Shown: positions 48,558 through 59,237, counted from the stretch's first letter. The stretch is 64,000 bases of DNA from Altibacter sp. (GCF_002696485.1 NZ_NZTP01000062.1), one strand, 5' to 3'. The notes: a model not told the origin generated them from the sequence alone. A program made the numbers and translations.

Positions 48558-50305
48558 TTTCGCTTCCACAAAGTAAAGATAAGGAATGCAGATACGCCCG
48601 CAATCAAAATAAGAATGGCCGCTCCCATGGTATTTCCGTAGATCACATAGCCGGTCGCGAACAAGGATACATACACAAACAAGATGCCTAACAGCATGGA
48701 AGCAAGATCTCGCGTGAATACATCTTTTGTGTTCTTGAGAGGAATGTTCTTTTCTTCTGCGATCTTCTTAAAAGGGCTCCATCCTTTTCCATAAGGCGTA
48801 ATTGCATTATAGAAACTAGCCAGTGTTTGGGTGTCTGTAGGCCTCGTTAGCAGCGTTACAGTGATCCAGCTTACGGTGGTGACGGCGACACCAATCACAA
48901 GTTTCTCATGATCTTCCAACCCAAGCTCTACGAATTCAAAAACAAGGGCCATAACAAAGGAAACGACCATGCCGGTAATCTCGCTGTACGCATTCACGCG
49001 CCACCAGAACCATCTTAGGATAAAGATCAGCCCTGTGCCGGCTCCAATTTGTAATAAGATCTGAAAAGTGCTAAGAGCGCTACTTAACGCTAACGCAAGC
49101 AATGCGGCAAAAGCCATTAGCAACACTGTAGAAATCCTTCCAATAGCTACGAGTTCTTTTTCTGAAGCTTCCGGTTTTATAAATCGCTTATAGAAATCTA
49201 ATGAAATATATGAAGACCCCCAATTAAGGTGTGTAGAGATGGTACTCATAAAGGCAGCGATCAGGGAGGCAACTACCAAACCTAATAATCCTGCGGGAAG
49301 GTTGGTCAACATTGCCGGATAGCCTAGGTCATGTCCCAAAACCGCATTCGGGAATTCATTTCCTATATCGGAAAGCTGCGGATAAAGCACCAGTGACGCC
49401 AAAGCAATGATGATCCATGGCCAAGGGCGAAGCGCATAATGGGCCACGTTAAAAAGCAAAGTAGCACCTATGGCATTCTTTTCGTCTTTTGCCGAAAGCA
49501 TTCGTTGCGCAATGTAACCTCCTCCACCGGGTTCGGCACCGGGATACCACACGCTCCACCATTGTACGGCAATAGGAATAATCAATAAAATTAAAATCGA
49601 TTTTGTATCGCTAAAATCGGGTAAGAAATTAAGTTTTCCCACAACATTTTCATGCGCCAATAAATTATTAAGCCCGCCTATCTCCGGCATAGATACAATG
49701 TAGTAGGCAGCCCATACCGAGCCTATCATTGCTATGATGAATTGAAGAAAGTCTGTGAATATGACACCCCGCAATCCGCCAATAGAACTATACAATACCG
49801 TTACAATAGAGGCATACAAGACACATTCCCAAGGTGCAAGATCGAACATAATACCTCCAATCTTGATCGCTGCCAAACATACGGAGGCCATGATCATCAC
49901 ATTAAAGAATACACCCAAATAGAGAGCTCTGAAACCTCGCAGAAACGCAGCTTCTTTGCCGCTGTAGCGCAGCTCGTAGAATTGGAGATCGGTGAGTACC
50001 TTAGAGCGTCGCCACAATTTGGCATACACAAATACCGTTAACATTCCTGTGATCAAAAAGGTCCACCACACCCAATTGCCGGAGACGCCATTTTGGCGTA
50101 CAATATCGGTTACCAAATTAGGCGTATCCGCAGAGAAGGTGGTGGCTACCATGGAGATCCCTAATAACCACCACGGCATATTTCTACCCGACAAAAAGAA
50201 TTCTTGGGTATCCTTTCCCGAACGTTTCGCAACGACAATCCCAATCAATAAGAAAATAGCGAAGAATGAAACGATAAGGATCCAATCGAGGGATGCTAAC
50301 TGCAT
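48554..50305 (-). CDS. Sodium:solute symporter (SSF) family transporter
   Basis: 583 aa with about 14-15 TM helices and SSF-like motifs (GGGYIAQRMLSAKDE). Confidence 0.85.
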   Translation of the reverse strand: MQLASLDWILIVSFFAIFLLIGIVVAKRSGKDTQEFFLSGRNMPWWLLGISMVATTFSADTPNLVTDIVRQNGVSGNWVWWTFLITGMLTVFVYAKLWRRSKVLTDLQFYELRYSGKEAAFLRGFRALYLGVFFNVMIMASVCLAAIKIGGIMFDLAPWECVLYASIVTVLYSSIGGLRGVIFTDFLQFIIAMIGSVWAAYYIVSMPEIGGLNNLLAHENVVGKLNFLPDFSDTKSILILLIIPIAVQWWSVWYPGAEPGGGGYIAQRMLSAKDEKNAIGATLLFNVAHYALRPWPWIIIALASLVLYPQLSDIGNEFPNAVLGHDLGYPAMLTNLPAGLLGLVVASLIAAFMSTISTHLNWGSSYISLDFYKRFIKPEASEKELVAIGRISTVLLMAFAALLALALSSALSTFQILLQIGAGTGLIFILRWFWWRVNAYSEITGMVVSFVMALVFEFVELGLEDHEKLVIGVAVTTVSWITVTLLTRPTDTQTLASFYNAITPYGKGWSPFKKIAEEKNIPLKNTKDVFTRDLASMLLGILFVYVSLFATGYVIYGNTMGAAILILIAGVSAFLIFTLWKRK

Positions 50306-50306
50306 A

Positions 50307-50897
50307 TTAGTATACTTTTAAAGCTTTGGCCTGCCCAACCCAATTATCCCGTTCAATCCTGCCGGGGAAGAAATCAATGAGCTCTGTTATGGTACGGATA
50401 TCCTCGTCCTCCAATCTGCTTATCTGCTCGAAAGTATAGATCCCAATCTCGTTTAGTTTTTGCTCAATATAAGGACCAATGCCATTGATTTTGGTCAGAT
50501 CGTTTCGTTCCGAAGCATCTGCATATCCAAAATTGTCGAAATTAAGCTCAGGCACCGTTTTGGTATAGGTAACATAACTTGTGCGTGCCTTTTCCATGAT
50601 CTTTTCGGGAGCAGGGGCAGCTGCCGAAGTAGCAGCCATTTTATTCTCTTCCTGTGTTTCCTTGACAACTTCAATGATTTTCGGACGAATTTCAGTGAAT
50701 ATAGTATCTATATCATGCACGTTGGAATGGGTTCGGAGGGCATTAACCTCCTTTTTCAAGCGATTTATCGTTCTTCGATACTTCGATTTATTTAGCCACC
50801 AAGACGCAAAATAACCAATAAGAAAGGTACTTAACATTAGGATAAAGATCCCGCTATAAGTCGGTAATTGGTTTAAGAATTCGCCCGTGTCTGTCAT
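50307..50897 (-). CDS. Single-TM protein with C-terminal helix-hairpin-helix-like module
   Basis: 196 aa with TM IFILMLSTFLIGYFASWWL. The C-terminal module is DLTKINGIGPYIEQKLNEIGIYTFEQI..FPGRIERDNWVGQAKAL. It is coupled on both sides: a 4-nt overlap upstream and a 1-nt gap downstream. Confidence 0.55.
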   Translation of the reverse strand: MTDTGEFLNQLPTYSGIFILMLSTFLIGYFASWWLNKSKYRRTINRLKKEVNALRTHSNVHDIDTIFTEIRPKIIEVVKETQEENKMAATSAAAPAPEKIMEKARTSYVTYTKTVPELNFDNFGYADASERNDLTKINGIGPYIEQKLNEIGIYTFEQISRLEDEDIRTITELIDFFPGRIERDNWVGQAKALKVY

Positions 50898-51895
50898 TTG
50901 TCTAAATAAAATTTTACTTCAACCCTTCGGTTGGCATCCCTACCTGCATCACTTCGGTTGGTATCGAGAGGTTCTGCTTCGCCTTTGGAAACAGCTTTAA
51001 TTTTAGTAGGACTAATATCGCCTTTATTTATTAAATACCAACGTACTTGACGCGCATATTGGAGCCCTAGAATATAATTATCATTAGCATTTCCAACATT
51101 ATCGGTATGCCCAACCACTTCGATTCGAATGTCGGGATTCTGTTTTACAATGGCAACTACTTCAGCAAGAAGCGTTCGCAAATTTTCGTTTACTAAGATT
51201 CCGGTGGTAGTAAAATTAGGATATGCGATCCTGCTTTCAGGAATTTTACTTGTAAGTTCTTTTATACGAGCCGTATCTAAGGGTTTAAAGAAAAAGGTAA
51301 AGCTATTGCTAAATGAATTGTTCGCATCAAATTCTATCGATTTGATGTGCGGCTTAATAACAATTCTTTCTGAAGGAATGCCTGTTTTAATTAAAATTTC
51401 TTTCAATTGTTGTCCTCGCTGAATACCTAAGTTAGGCGACTGTATGTCTTCTGAAGCACTATATTGAGAAGAAATATGAATCTCTCTATTGGGATGCTCC
51501 AAAAAGTAGGTATTCAATTTATATTTAAAATCAACAGCGCTTTGGGGAATCTTTAAAACTGCACTGTTCTTGGTGATGGTAATACCTTCCGGGAATAAGA
51601 AAATGATATCCCCTTCATTAGAGATCGCCTTTAAACCCGACGGAGCTTCCGAAATTTCCTTTAGATTTTCCTGTGTTACGAAAATGGAATCTTTAATGGA
51701 CTGTATGGGCAGGATGGAATCTCCCTCTTCATACAAATCATTGGAGATGCCGTTATTTGCGTTTTGTTGCTGAGTAGAGGTTGTGTTCAAGTTCGCCTTA
51801 GCGGTTTCTTTACCCGGCTGCAGCCAGAAATACAACCACAATCCAAAGAACGACCACACCAAAAAGACAGCAAAGGCTATTAAAAAATTTTTCAT
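50894..51895 (-). CDS. OmpA/MotB-like peptidoglycan-binding protein with N-terminal TM helix
   Basis: 333 aa with TM LIAFAVFLVWSFFGLWLYFWL. The C-terminal OmpA-like domain has VVGHTDNVGNANDNYILGLQYARQV..NRRVEV. Confidence 0.8.
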   Translation of the reverse strand: MKNFLIAFAVFLVWSFFGLWLYFWLQPGKETAKANLNTTSTQQQNANNGISNDLYEEGDSILPIQSIKDSIFVTQENLKEISEAPSGLKAISNEGDIIFLFPEGITITKNSAVLKIPQSAVDFKYKLNTYFLEHPNREIHISSQYSASEDIQSPNLGIQRGQQLKEILIKTGIPSERIVIKPHIKSIEFDANNSFSNSFTFFFKPLDTARIKELTSKIPESRIAYPNFTTTGILVNENLRTLLAEVVAIVKQNPDIRIEVVGHTDNVGNANDNYILGLQYARQVRWYLINKGDISPTKIKAVSKGEAEPLDTNRSDAGRDANRRVEVKFYLDK

Positions 51896-52026
51896 TTCGG
51901 GGGTGAGGTCTGTATTACAACGGATTATGGTTACTAATGGGTCTTAAACAAATCTATAAAAATTAATCGGCTTTATTTTTATAAACATTCACATCTTTTT
52001 CAACGAATTTTGAACAAAATTTTATC

Positions 52027-52034
52027 TATATTTG
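52027..52034 (+). promoter_or_regulatory. -7 promoter box (TAnnTTTG) for the his leader
   Basis: TATATTTG ends 9 nt before the leader ORF ATG, implying a very short 5' UTR. Confidence 0.4.
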
Positions 52035-52043
52035 TTCCTAACA

Positions 52044-52097
52044 ATGAGAAATCAAAATGTACATCATCATATCACGGTCTTCGCTCACGCGAGGTGA
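52044..52097 (+). CDS. Candidate his operon leader peptide (17 aa)
   Basis: My translation is MRNQNVHHHITVFAHAR*. Three consecutive CAT His codons lie at 52062-52070, with another His codon at 52086-52088. A terminator follows about 30 nt after the stop, upstream of hisG. Confidence 0.55.
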   Translation: MRNQNVHHHITVFAHAR

Positions 52098-52126
52098 TAT
52101 GGTATTTGTAACTTTTAACAATATCC

Positions 52127-52161
52127 AAAAACCCGTTTGAGCAGATCAAACGGGTTTTTTT
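52127..52161 (+). terminator. Intrinsic terminator between leader ORF and hisG (attenuator terminator)
   Basis: A 13-bp stem, aaaaacccgtttg (52127-52139) / caaacgggttttt (52147-52159), with a 7-nt loop and a T-run to 52161. It lies 45 nt upstream of the hisG ATG. Confidence 0.72.
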
Positions 52162-52205
52162 ATGCCCTATACGCAAGGAATGTTATAAACAGAAAAAAAG
52201 TAGAG

Positions 52206-53063
52206 ATGAAAAAACTAAAAATTGCGATTCAAAAGTCCGGACGACTTCACGACGAATCGATTGCGCTGCTAAAAGATTGTGGAATCGCTATAGACAACGG
52301 AAGGGACCAACTTAAAGCACCGGCCAAGAATTTCCCTTTGGAGATCTATTATTTACGCAACGGTGATATCCCGCAGTACCTTATCGATGGGGTTGTCGAT
52401 TGTGCTATCATTGGTGAAAATTTATTAGTCGAGAAAGGGAATGGCATTCGTATCGCAGAACGGCTGGGCTTTTCTAAATGCCGTGTATCTCTGGCTGTGG
52501 CGAAGATTTTTGAATACGATTGTATTGAGGATCTTCACGGAAAACGAATAGCAACTTCTTACCCGGTCACTACGCAACGCTATTTACAGGAAAGGGGTAT
52601 TGAGGCCGAATTACATATTATTAACGGAAGTGTGGAAATAGCACCCAACATCGGATTGGCAGATGCTATTTGCGATATTGTTAGCAGCGGTAGTACCTTA
52701 TTCAAGAACAATCTAAAGGAGGTGGAAGTCATTCTTAAGAGCGAGGCAGTCTTAGCAGCTTCCCCAAGAATCGATAGCGATTCGCTGGAAATTCTAAAAA
52801 AAGTACAATTTAGGATACAGTCGGTATTAAAAGGACGGGACTTTCGCTATGTACTTTTAAATGCACCTAACGACAGGATTGAAGCGATTACAAAGATACT
52901 TCCGGGAATAAAGAGTCCAACCATCCTTCCGTTGGTAGATACCGGGTGGAGTAGTATACATTCGGTGGTAAACCAAGAGGTTTTTTGGGATGTGATCGAA
53001 GAGTTGAAATTGGCCGGAGCAGAAGGTATTCTGGTATGTCCCATCGAAAAAATGATATCGTGA
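52206..53063 (+). CDS. hisG: ATP phosphoribosyltransferase (long form)
   Basis: Trimmed to ATG 52206 (MKKLKIAIQKSGRL), because the track TTG start lies inside the terminator. 285 aa. Confidence 0.92.
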   Translation: MKKLKIAIQKSGRLHDESIALLKDCGIAIDNGRDQLKAPAKNFPLEIYYLRNGDIPQYLIDGVVDCAIIGENLLVEKGNGIRIAERLGFSKCRVSLAVAKIFEYDCIEDLHGKRIATSYPVTTQRYLQERGIEAELHIINGSVEIAPNIGLADAICDIVSSGSTLFKNNLKEVEVILKSEAVLAASPRIDSDSLEILKKVQFRIQSVLKGRDFRYVLLNAPNDRIEAITKILPGIKSPTILPLVDTGWSSIHSVVNQEVFWDVIEELKLAGAEGILVCPIEKMIS

Positions 53064-54355
53064 TGAAACATTTTTATAACCCGCCACAACAGCAATGGGA
53101 TTCCATTTTGGAGCGTCCCGCACAAGCTCAAAAGGAGATCGAACTTACGGTGTCTGAAATTTTTTCTGAAATAAAATCCAAAGGGGATATTGCCGTGAAG
53201 CGATATACACAACTCTTTGACGGTGTTGAATGCGAGACATTTCGTGTATCTGAAGAACGTATCACCCAGTCGGAACGACATATTTCACCTCAACTTAAAG
53301 AGGCGATCGCATTGGCCAAGACGAATATTACTAAATTCCATGCGGCGCAAAAGACTGAAAGGATTTTCGTAGAAACCTGCCCCGGTGTTAGTTGTTGGCA
53401 AGAAAAAAGAGCCATTGAAAAAGTGGGGCTCTATATTCCCGGTGGATCGGCGCCCTTATTCTCTACCATTCTCATGTTGGCGGTGCCGGCGGTCCTTGCC
53501 GGCTGTAAACAGATCGTTCTGTGCACGCCCCCAAATAAGCAAGGGGAAGTCCATCCGGCAATCCTCTACACGGCCGGGTTGTGTGGTATTTCAGAGATCT
53601 TCACCGTTGGGGGTATCCAGGCGATTGGAGCAATGACCTTTGGAACCGATACAATCCCGAACGTCTACAAGATTTTCGGGCCCGGAAATCAGTATGTCAC
53701 TGCAGCCAAACAGATGGCTACATCTTTTGGTATCGCTATCGATATGCCTGCCGGTCCAAGCGAGCTGCTGGTTTTTGCAGACCAAACTGCAAATCCATCT
53801 TTCGTTGCAGCAGACCTACTTAGTCAAGCCGAACATGGGGCTGACAGTCAGGTGGTTTTGGTAACCACATCTCAAGCCGTTATGGAGCAGGTCGAAGAAG
53901 CGGTGACCTTGCAGTTGGCGGCTTTGCCTAGAAAAGCAATTGCCTTGAAAGCCCTTGAGAACTCAAAACTTATCTTAGTGGATTCTAATGAGAATGCACT
54001 TCAATTGATTAATCGGTATAGTCCTGAGCATTTTATAGTCATTGCCGAAGACGAGACATTCTTTATACAGAACATCATGAATGCCGGTTCGGTTTTTATT
54101 GGTAACTATACACCGGAAAGTGCAGGAGACTATGCTTCAGGGACCAACCATACACTTCCCACTAATGGCTATGCCAGACAATACAGTGGTGTCAACCTCG
54201 ATAGTTTCTACAAGAGCATGACCTTTCAGAAAATCTCTAAGGAAGGGATTAAGGTGCTTGGGAGTGCCATTGAAGAAATGGCTGCAGCAGAAGGCCTTCA
54301 GGCGCATAAGAACGCGGTAACTATCCGTTTAAAATCTTTGGAAGATGAGAGATAA
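53063..54355 (+). CDS. hisD: Histidinol dehydrogenase
   Basis: Trimmed to ATG 53063, which overlaps the hisG stop (TGATG). Motifs are AGPSE, QAEHG and a C-terminal GL.AH. Confidence 0.92.
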   Translation: MKHFYNPPQQQWDSILERPAQAQKEIELTVSEIFSEIKSKGDIAVKRYTQLFDGVECETFRVSEERITQSERHISPQLKEAIALAKTNITKFHAAQKTERIFVETCPGVSCWQEKRAIEKVGLYIPGGSAPLFSTILMLAVPAVLAGCKQIVLCTPPNKQGEVHPAILYTAGLCGISEIFTVGGIQAIGAMTFGTDTIPNVYKIFGPGNQYVTAAKQMATSFGIAIDMPAGPSELLVFADQTANPSFVAADLLSQAEHGADSQVVLVTTSQAVMEQVEEAVTLQLAALPRKAIALKALENSKLILVDSNENALQLINRYSPEHFIVIAEDETFFIQNIMNAGSVFIGNYTPESAGDYASGTNHTLPTNGYARQYSGVNLDSFYKSMTFQKISKEGIKVLGSAIEEMAAAEGLQAHKNAVTIRLKSLEDER

Positions 54356-55391
54356 TTTTGATATAACGCGTCTTCTACGCTCTAATGTCGCTGGATTAGA
54401 GCCCTACCGGTCTGCGAGAGATGAATGTAAAGGAGCAAGCAAACAGATGGTTTTTTTGGACGCCAACGAAAATCCTTACCCCAATGGCGTAAATCGTTAT
54501 CCCGATCCACGACAAAAAGACCTGAAGGAGGTTTTGTCTCGGTTAAAGGGTGTGGATACTAATAAAATGCTCTTGGGGAACGGAAGTGATGAAGTATTGG
54601 ATTTGCTCTTTAGGGCATTCTGTGAACCAAGGGTCGACAACATAATTATAGTGCCTCCCACTTACGGAATGTATAAGGTGTTAGCAGGAATTAATGATAT
54701 TGAGAACAGGGAAGTGCTGTTGTCTGCAAATTTTGAACTTCGCGTACAGGAAATCATGGCGGCTCAGGATACTCGGTCTAAACTATTGTTCTTGTGTTCT
54801 CCAAATAACCCTACCGGAAATAGTTTTTCTGAAGAAAGTATTCTTCAGCTATTGAAATCCTTTAATGGTCTGGTAGTGATCGATGAAGCTTATATCGACT
54901 TTTCTGAAAAGGAAAGTTGGTTGAAAAAACTTGATGCGTTTCCAAACTTGGTGATCGTGCAAACCCTCTCCAAAGCGTATGGCTTGGCCGGAATTCGATT
55001 AGGAATGTGTTATGCTTCCGAAGCGATCATAACCATATTAAATAAAATAAAACCACCGTATAATGTCAATGAACTCACCCAAGAACGCGCCAAGGATCGC
55101 TTACTTGAAACAAATAAAGTAGATTTTGAAATCAGCTGTCTTTTAGAATATAAGAATGATTTATATAAACAATTACTTAAAGTTCACTTTGTGAATCAGG
55201 TCTATACATCTGATGCTAATTTTATTCTTATTAAAGTCGATGATGCGCCCGGGCGATATAAACAATTAATCGATGCCGGGATCGTAGTGCGTGATAGAAG
55301 TACCCAGCCACTATGTGAAAATACGTTGCGTATTACCGTGGGAACACAGGCCGAAAACGAACACTTTATTACCGTAATAAAAACCTTGTAA
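54345..55391 (+). CDS. hisC: Histidinol-phosphate aminotransferase
   Basis: 348 aa with LDANENPY, and [14 protein letters not shown] containing the PLP lysine. Confidence 0.9.
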   Translation: MRDNFDITRLLRSNVAGLEPYRSARDECKGASKQMVFLDANENPYPNGVNRYPDPRQKDLKEVLSRLKGVDTNKMLLGNGSDEVLDLLFRAFCEPRVDNIIIVPPTYGMYKVLAGINDIENREVLLSANFELRVQEIMAAQDTRSKLLFLCSPNNPTGNSFSEESILQLLKSFNGLVVIDEAYIDFSEKESWLKKLDAFPNLVIVQTLSKAYGLAGIRLGMCYASEAIITILNKIKPPYNVNELTQERAKDRLLETNKVDFEISCLLEYKNDLYKQLLKVHFVNQVYTSDANFILIKVDDAPGRYKQLIDAGIVVRDRSTQPLCENTLRITVGTQAENEHFITVIKTL

Positions 55392-55392
55392 G

Positions 55393-56529
55393 ATGAAAAA
55401 GAGAGTATTATTTATAGATCGTGATGGAACCATCATTAAAGAGACGAAAGATGAACAGATCGATGCGTTTGATAAAATGATCTTTTATCCGAAGGTTTTT
55501 AGCGGATTGGGACGTATTGCCAAAGAGCTGGACTATGAACTTGTAATGATCACAAATCAGGATGGACTAGGCACGGAAGCCTTTCCGGAACATACTTTTT
55601 GGCCGGTGCATGACTTTATTATGAAATCTTTTGAAAATGAAGGTGTAATCTTTAGTAAGGTCTTTATTGATCGCACTTTTCCACAGGAAAATGCCAATAC
55701 ACGAAAACCGGCTACAGGACTGCTAACCGATTATTTTTCAAAGAATTACGATCTTGCGCATTCGTTTGTGATAGGGGACCGTTTAACCGATATTGAGTTG
55801 GCAAAGAACTTGGGTGCAAAAGGCATCTTTATAAATGATGAGACCAATCTTGGTACGACAGAGATTACAGTAGGACGAGAAGCGCTGGATCCGTATATCG
55901 CTTTGGAAAGCAATGATTGGGAGCAGATATATACATTCTTGCTTCAAAAGGATCGTACCGCAGCCTTGAATCGAACCACCAATGAAACAAAGATTACTAT
56001 TGAACTCAACTTAGACGGAACCGGAAAGAGCATCATCAATACCGGCTTGCCATTTTTCGACCACATGCTGGATCAATTGGCGCGTCATGGTCAGATGGAC
56101 CTTACTATTCAAGTGAATGGAGATCTTGAGATTGATGAACACCACACCATTGAAGATACTGCCATAACGTTAGGCGAGGTTTTCTCAGAAGCATTACGCA
56201 CTAAGCTGGGTATTGAACGATACGGATTTTGTCTTCCTATGGACGATTGTTTGGCGCAAGTAGCAATCGATTTTGGAGGAAGGAATTGGCTGGTATGGGA
56301 TGCCGAATTCAAGAGAGAAATGATCGGGCAAGTACCTACAGAGATGTTCTTTCATTTCTTTAAATCGTTTAGCGACGGAGCCAAAGCGAATCTTAACATT
56401 AAGGCCGAAGGTACCAATGAACACCACAAGATAGAGGCGATCTTCAAGGCATTTGCCAAAGCGATCAAGGCTGCCGTAAAAAGAGATACAGAAAAAATGA
56501 TAGTACCATCAACTAAAGGAATGCTTTAA
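55393..56529 (+). CDS. hisB: Bifunctional histidinol-phosphatase / imidazoleglycerol-phosphate dehydratase
   Basis: 378 aa with HAD motif FIDRDGTI. The IGPD motifs are HHTIEDTAI and EHHKIEA. Confidence 0.92.
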   Translation: MKKRVLFIDRDGTIIKETKDEQIDAFDKMIFYPKVFSGLGRIAKELDYELVMITNQDGLGTEAFPEHTFWPVHDFIMKSFENEGVIFSKVFIDRTFPQENANTRKPATGLLTDYFSKNYDLAHSFVIGDRLTDIELAKNLGAKGIFINDETNLGTTEITVGREALDPYIALESNDWEQIYTFLLQKDRTAALNRTTNETKITIELNLDGTGKSIINTGLPFFDHMLDQLARHGQMDLTIQVNGDLEIDEHHTIEDTAITLGEVFSEALRTKLGIERYGFCLPMDDCLAQVAIDFGGRNWLVWDAEFKREMIGQVPTEMFFHFFKSFSDGAKANLNIKAEGTNEHHKIEAIFKAFAKAIKAAVKRDTEKMIVPSTKGML

Positions 56530-56530
56530 T

Positions 56531-57112
56531 ATGAAAGTTGTCATTATAGATTATGGAACAGGAAACATTCAAAGTCTTCAATTCGCGTTGAAGCGGTTGG
56601 GCGTGGAAGCTGTTCTCACCACAGAAGCGAACGAGATACGTAAAGCCGATAAAGTATTTTTTCCCGGAGTAGGAGCCGCAGGGAGTGCTATGGATAAACT
56701 TCGGCTTAGCGGATTGGATAAAGTAATTCCCGCACTAACCCAACCTGTCTTGGGTATTTGTTTAGGAATGCAGTTGCTCTGTGCAGCTTCGGAAGAAGGC
56801 AATACCACCGGTTTGGGCATTTTTTCAGAGAACGTAATAAGATTCCCTAGTACTGTAAAAGTACCTCAGATGGGGTGGAATACCCTTCACAGATTAAAGG
56901 GAAGATTGTTCCAAGGCATACCCGAAAATGAGTTTATGTACCTTGTGCACAGTTATTATGTGCCCCATTGCGAATCCGCCACCGCACTAACTCAGTATGG
57001 TGTCGAATACGCTGCGGCCATTAAAAAAAATAATTTTTACGGGGTACAGTTTCACCCCGAAAAAAGCGCAAAGGCCGGGGCACAGCTTTTAGATAATTTC
57101 TTAAGATTATAA
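56531..57112 (+). CDS. hisH: Imidazole glycerol phosphate synthase, glutaminase subunit
   Basis: 193 aa with GNIQS, GICLGMQ and QFHPEKS. Confidence 0.92.
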   Translation: MKVVIIDYGTGNIQSLQFALKRLGVEAVLTTEANEIRKADKVFFPGVGAAGSAMDKLRLSGLDKVIPALTQPVLGICLGMQLLCAASEEGNTTGLGIFSENVIRFPSTVKVPQMGWNTLHRLKGRLFQGIPENEFMYLVHSYYVPHCESATALTQYGVEYAAAIKKNNFYGVQFHPEKSAKAGAQLLDNFLRL

Positions 57113-57113
57113 T

Positions 57114-57836
57114 ATGAGAATCATACCTGCAATTGATATTATCGACGGTAAGTGTGTACGCCTCTCCAAAGGTGATTACACTACCAAAAAGATCTACAAC
57201 GAACATCCCTTGGAAGTGGCAAAGCAGTTTGAAGCACACGGGATAAGATACCTGCACCTTGTTGATCTGGACGGAGCAAAAAGTAAACATATCGTAAATC
57301 ACCGTACTTTAGAAGAGATCGCGACCAAGACCTCGCTGTCGATCGATTTTGGAGGAGGTTTAAAAACCGATGAGGATGTGAAGATCGCCTTTAACAGTGG
57401 TGCTTCGCAAATAACCGGTGGAAGCATAGCCGTAAAAGACCCTCAACTGTTCTTGGAATGGTTGCGTTTGTATGGAGATCAACGTGTAATTCTGGGAGCC
57501 GATGCGCTGAATGAGCAAATAGCCATCAACGGTTGGCAGGAAGCTTCGGGAGAAGAAGTGGTGCCTTTTATTCAGAAATACAATACTGAAGGTATCCGGT
57601 ACGTGATCTGTACGGATATTAGTAAAGACGGGATGTTAGCCGGGCCTTCTTTTTCCTTATACCGAAAGATCCTTGCAGCAACGCCACAGATACAATTGAT
57701 AGCTTCCGGAGGCATTAGTACCTTCGACGACCTTCCGAAATTGTCAGAAATAGGCTGTGAGGGGGCTATTTTGGGTAAAGCTATTTATGAAGGACGTATC
57801 ACGCTATCACAATTAGAAACCTATTTACAATGCTAA
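57114..57836 (+). CDS. hisA: ProFAR isomerase
   Basis: 240 aa with [15 protein letters not shown] and LVDLDGA. Confidence 0.92.
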   Translation: MRIIPAIDIIDGKCVRLSKGDYTTKKIYNEHPLEVAKQFEAHGIRYLHLVDLDGAKSKHIVNHRTLEEIATKTSLSIDFGGGLKTDEDVKIAFNSGASQITGGSIAVKDPQLFLEWLRLYGDQRVILGADALNEQIAINGWQEASGEEVVPFIQKYNTEGIRYVICTDISKDGMLAGPSFSLYRKILAATPQIQLIASGGISTFDDLPKLSEIGCEGAILGKAIYEGRITLSQLETYLQC

Positions 57837-58585
57837 CAAAACGAATTATACCCTGTTTAGATATAAAGAACGGACGCACGGTCAAAGGGATTAATTTTGT
57901 CAATTTAAGGGACGCCGGTGATCCTGTGGAGTTGGCGACACTGTATTCTGAAAGTGGGGCCGATGAGCTTGTTTTTCTCGATATTTCAGCCACTGAAGAA
58001 GCACGAAAGACGCTAGCAGCTCTGGTTTTGCGTATTGCTGAAGCGATCAACATTCCATTTACGGTGGGTGGCGGCATTACATCGGTGGAAGACGTTCGGT
58101 TACTCTTGCGTAATGGTGCCGATAAGATCGCTGTGAACTCTTCCGCAGTAAAAAATCCAAAATTGGTTTCGGAGCTTGCCGGTGTGTACGGCTCTCAATG
58201 TATAACGGTAGCAATCGATGCCAAACGAGTTAACGGACAATGGAAAGTTCACTTAGTAGGGGGTAAGGTAGCGACAGAACTTGATCTATTTGAATGGGCC
58301 AAAAATGTCGAAGAACTGGGAGCCGGTGAGATTTTGTTCACCTCCATGGAACATGACGGCACAAAAAATGGATTTGCGAATGAAGTGTTAGCGGCACTTT
58401 CCAATAGTGTACATATTCCTATTATAGCTTCGGGAGGTGCGGGTAACATTCATCATTTTAGAGACACATTTCTGTTAGGAAAAGCAGATGCCGCCTTAGC
58501 CGCCAGTGTGTTTCATTTTAAGGAAATAGAGATCATGGCATTAAAAGAAGCGTTGCGGGATGCCGGTATTCCAATGCGCTTATAA
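57830..58585 (+). CDS. hisF: Imidazole glycerol phosphate synthase, cyclase subunit
   Basis: 251 aa with [17 protein letters not shown] and ASGGAG. Confidence 0.93.
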   Translation: MLTKRIIPCLDIKNGRTVKGINFVNLRDAGDPVELATLYSESGADELVFLDISATEEARKTLAALVLRIAEAINIPFTVGGGITSVEDVRLLLRNGADKIAVNSSAVKNPKLVSELAGVYGSQCITVAIDAKRVNGQWKVHLVGGKVATELDLFEWAKNVEELGAGEILFTSMEHDGTKNGFANEVLAALSNSVHIPIIASGGAGNIHHFRDTFLLGKADAALAASVFHFKEIEIMALKEALRDAGIPMRL

Positions 58586-58595
58586 ACATAGCGAT

Positions 58596-59195
58596 ATGAA
58601 AATAGATTTTCAAAAATACAAAGACGGACTTGTTCCTGCGATTGTGCAGGATGTTAATACACAGCGGGTTTTAATGTTGGGCTTTATGAATGAGAATGCC
58701 TACGAAGAAACCATGCGGTTAGGGCAGGTAACTTTTTACAGCAGAAGTAAAAAGCGGTTGTGGACCAAAGGAGAGGAATCGGGTAATTACTTAGAACTTG
58801 TTTCGATGACGCCGGATTGTGATGCCGACACCTTATTGATTCAGGTGCGTCCTATAGGTCCGGTTTGTCATACAGGAGCCGATACTTGTTGGGGAGCCGA
58901 AAACTCGACTACATTCGGATTCTTAAGTGCATTGGAAGGAATCATTGAAGACCGAAAAGAAAACGTAGATAAGGAAGACTCGTACGTATCGAGTTTGTTT
59001 CGGAGCGGAATCAATAAAATAGCACAAAAAGTGGGAGAGGAAGCTGTGGAAGTAGTGATCGAGGCAAAAGATGATGATGATCGTGCTTTTTTAAATGAAG
59101 GAGCCGATCTTTTATTTCACTATCTTATATTACTTAAGGCAAAAGGGTTTGGACTGAAAGATATAGAAGAAACCCTAAAAAAGCGACATTTGTAA
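58596..59195 (+). CDS. hisIE: Bifunctional phosphoribosyl-AMP cyclohydrolase / phosphoribosyl-ATP pyrophosphatase
   Basis: Trimmed to ATG 58596 (MKIDFQKY..GLVPAIVQD). CHTG is present, and the C-terminal HisE helices have EEAVEVVIEA. Confidence 0.9.
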   Translation: MKIDFQKYKDGLVPAIVQDVNTQRVLMLGFMNENAYEETMRLGQVTFYSRSKKRLWTKGEESGNYLELVSMTPDCDADTLLIQVRPIGPVCHTGADTCWGAENSTTFGFLSALEGIIEDRKENVDKEDSYVSSLFRSGINKIAQKVGEEAVEVVIEAKDDDDRAFLNEGADLLFHYLILLKAKGFGLKDIEETLKKRHL

Positions 59196-59237
59196 ATGCG
59201 ATTGTTTTCCTATCTTTAAAAAGATAAATTTTTTGAT

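Noticed and set aside
52090-52140. I searched for an antiterminator helix competing with the his terminator.
   Set aside because: I found only about 5 bp of complementarity (gatat/atatc) by eye. That is not enough to claim a defined 2:3 structure. It is left as an open point rather than reported as a feature.
52137-52205. The TTG-initiated 5' extension of hisG listed in the ORF track.
   Set aside because: The TTG lies inside the terminator stem. ATG 52206 gives the canonical HisG N-terminus MKKLKIAIQKSGRL.
59211-59234. A weak AT-only hairpin (tatcttt/aaagata) with a T-run lies between hisIE and corA and could be a terminator.
   Set aside because: The 7-bp all-AT stem has a 2-nt loop and ends 4 nt before the corA ATG, so it is too weak to call. 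corA may simply be co-transcribed or have its own promoter.
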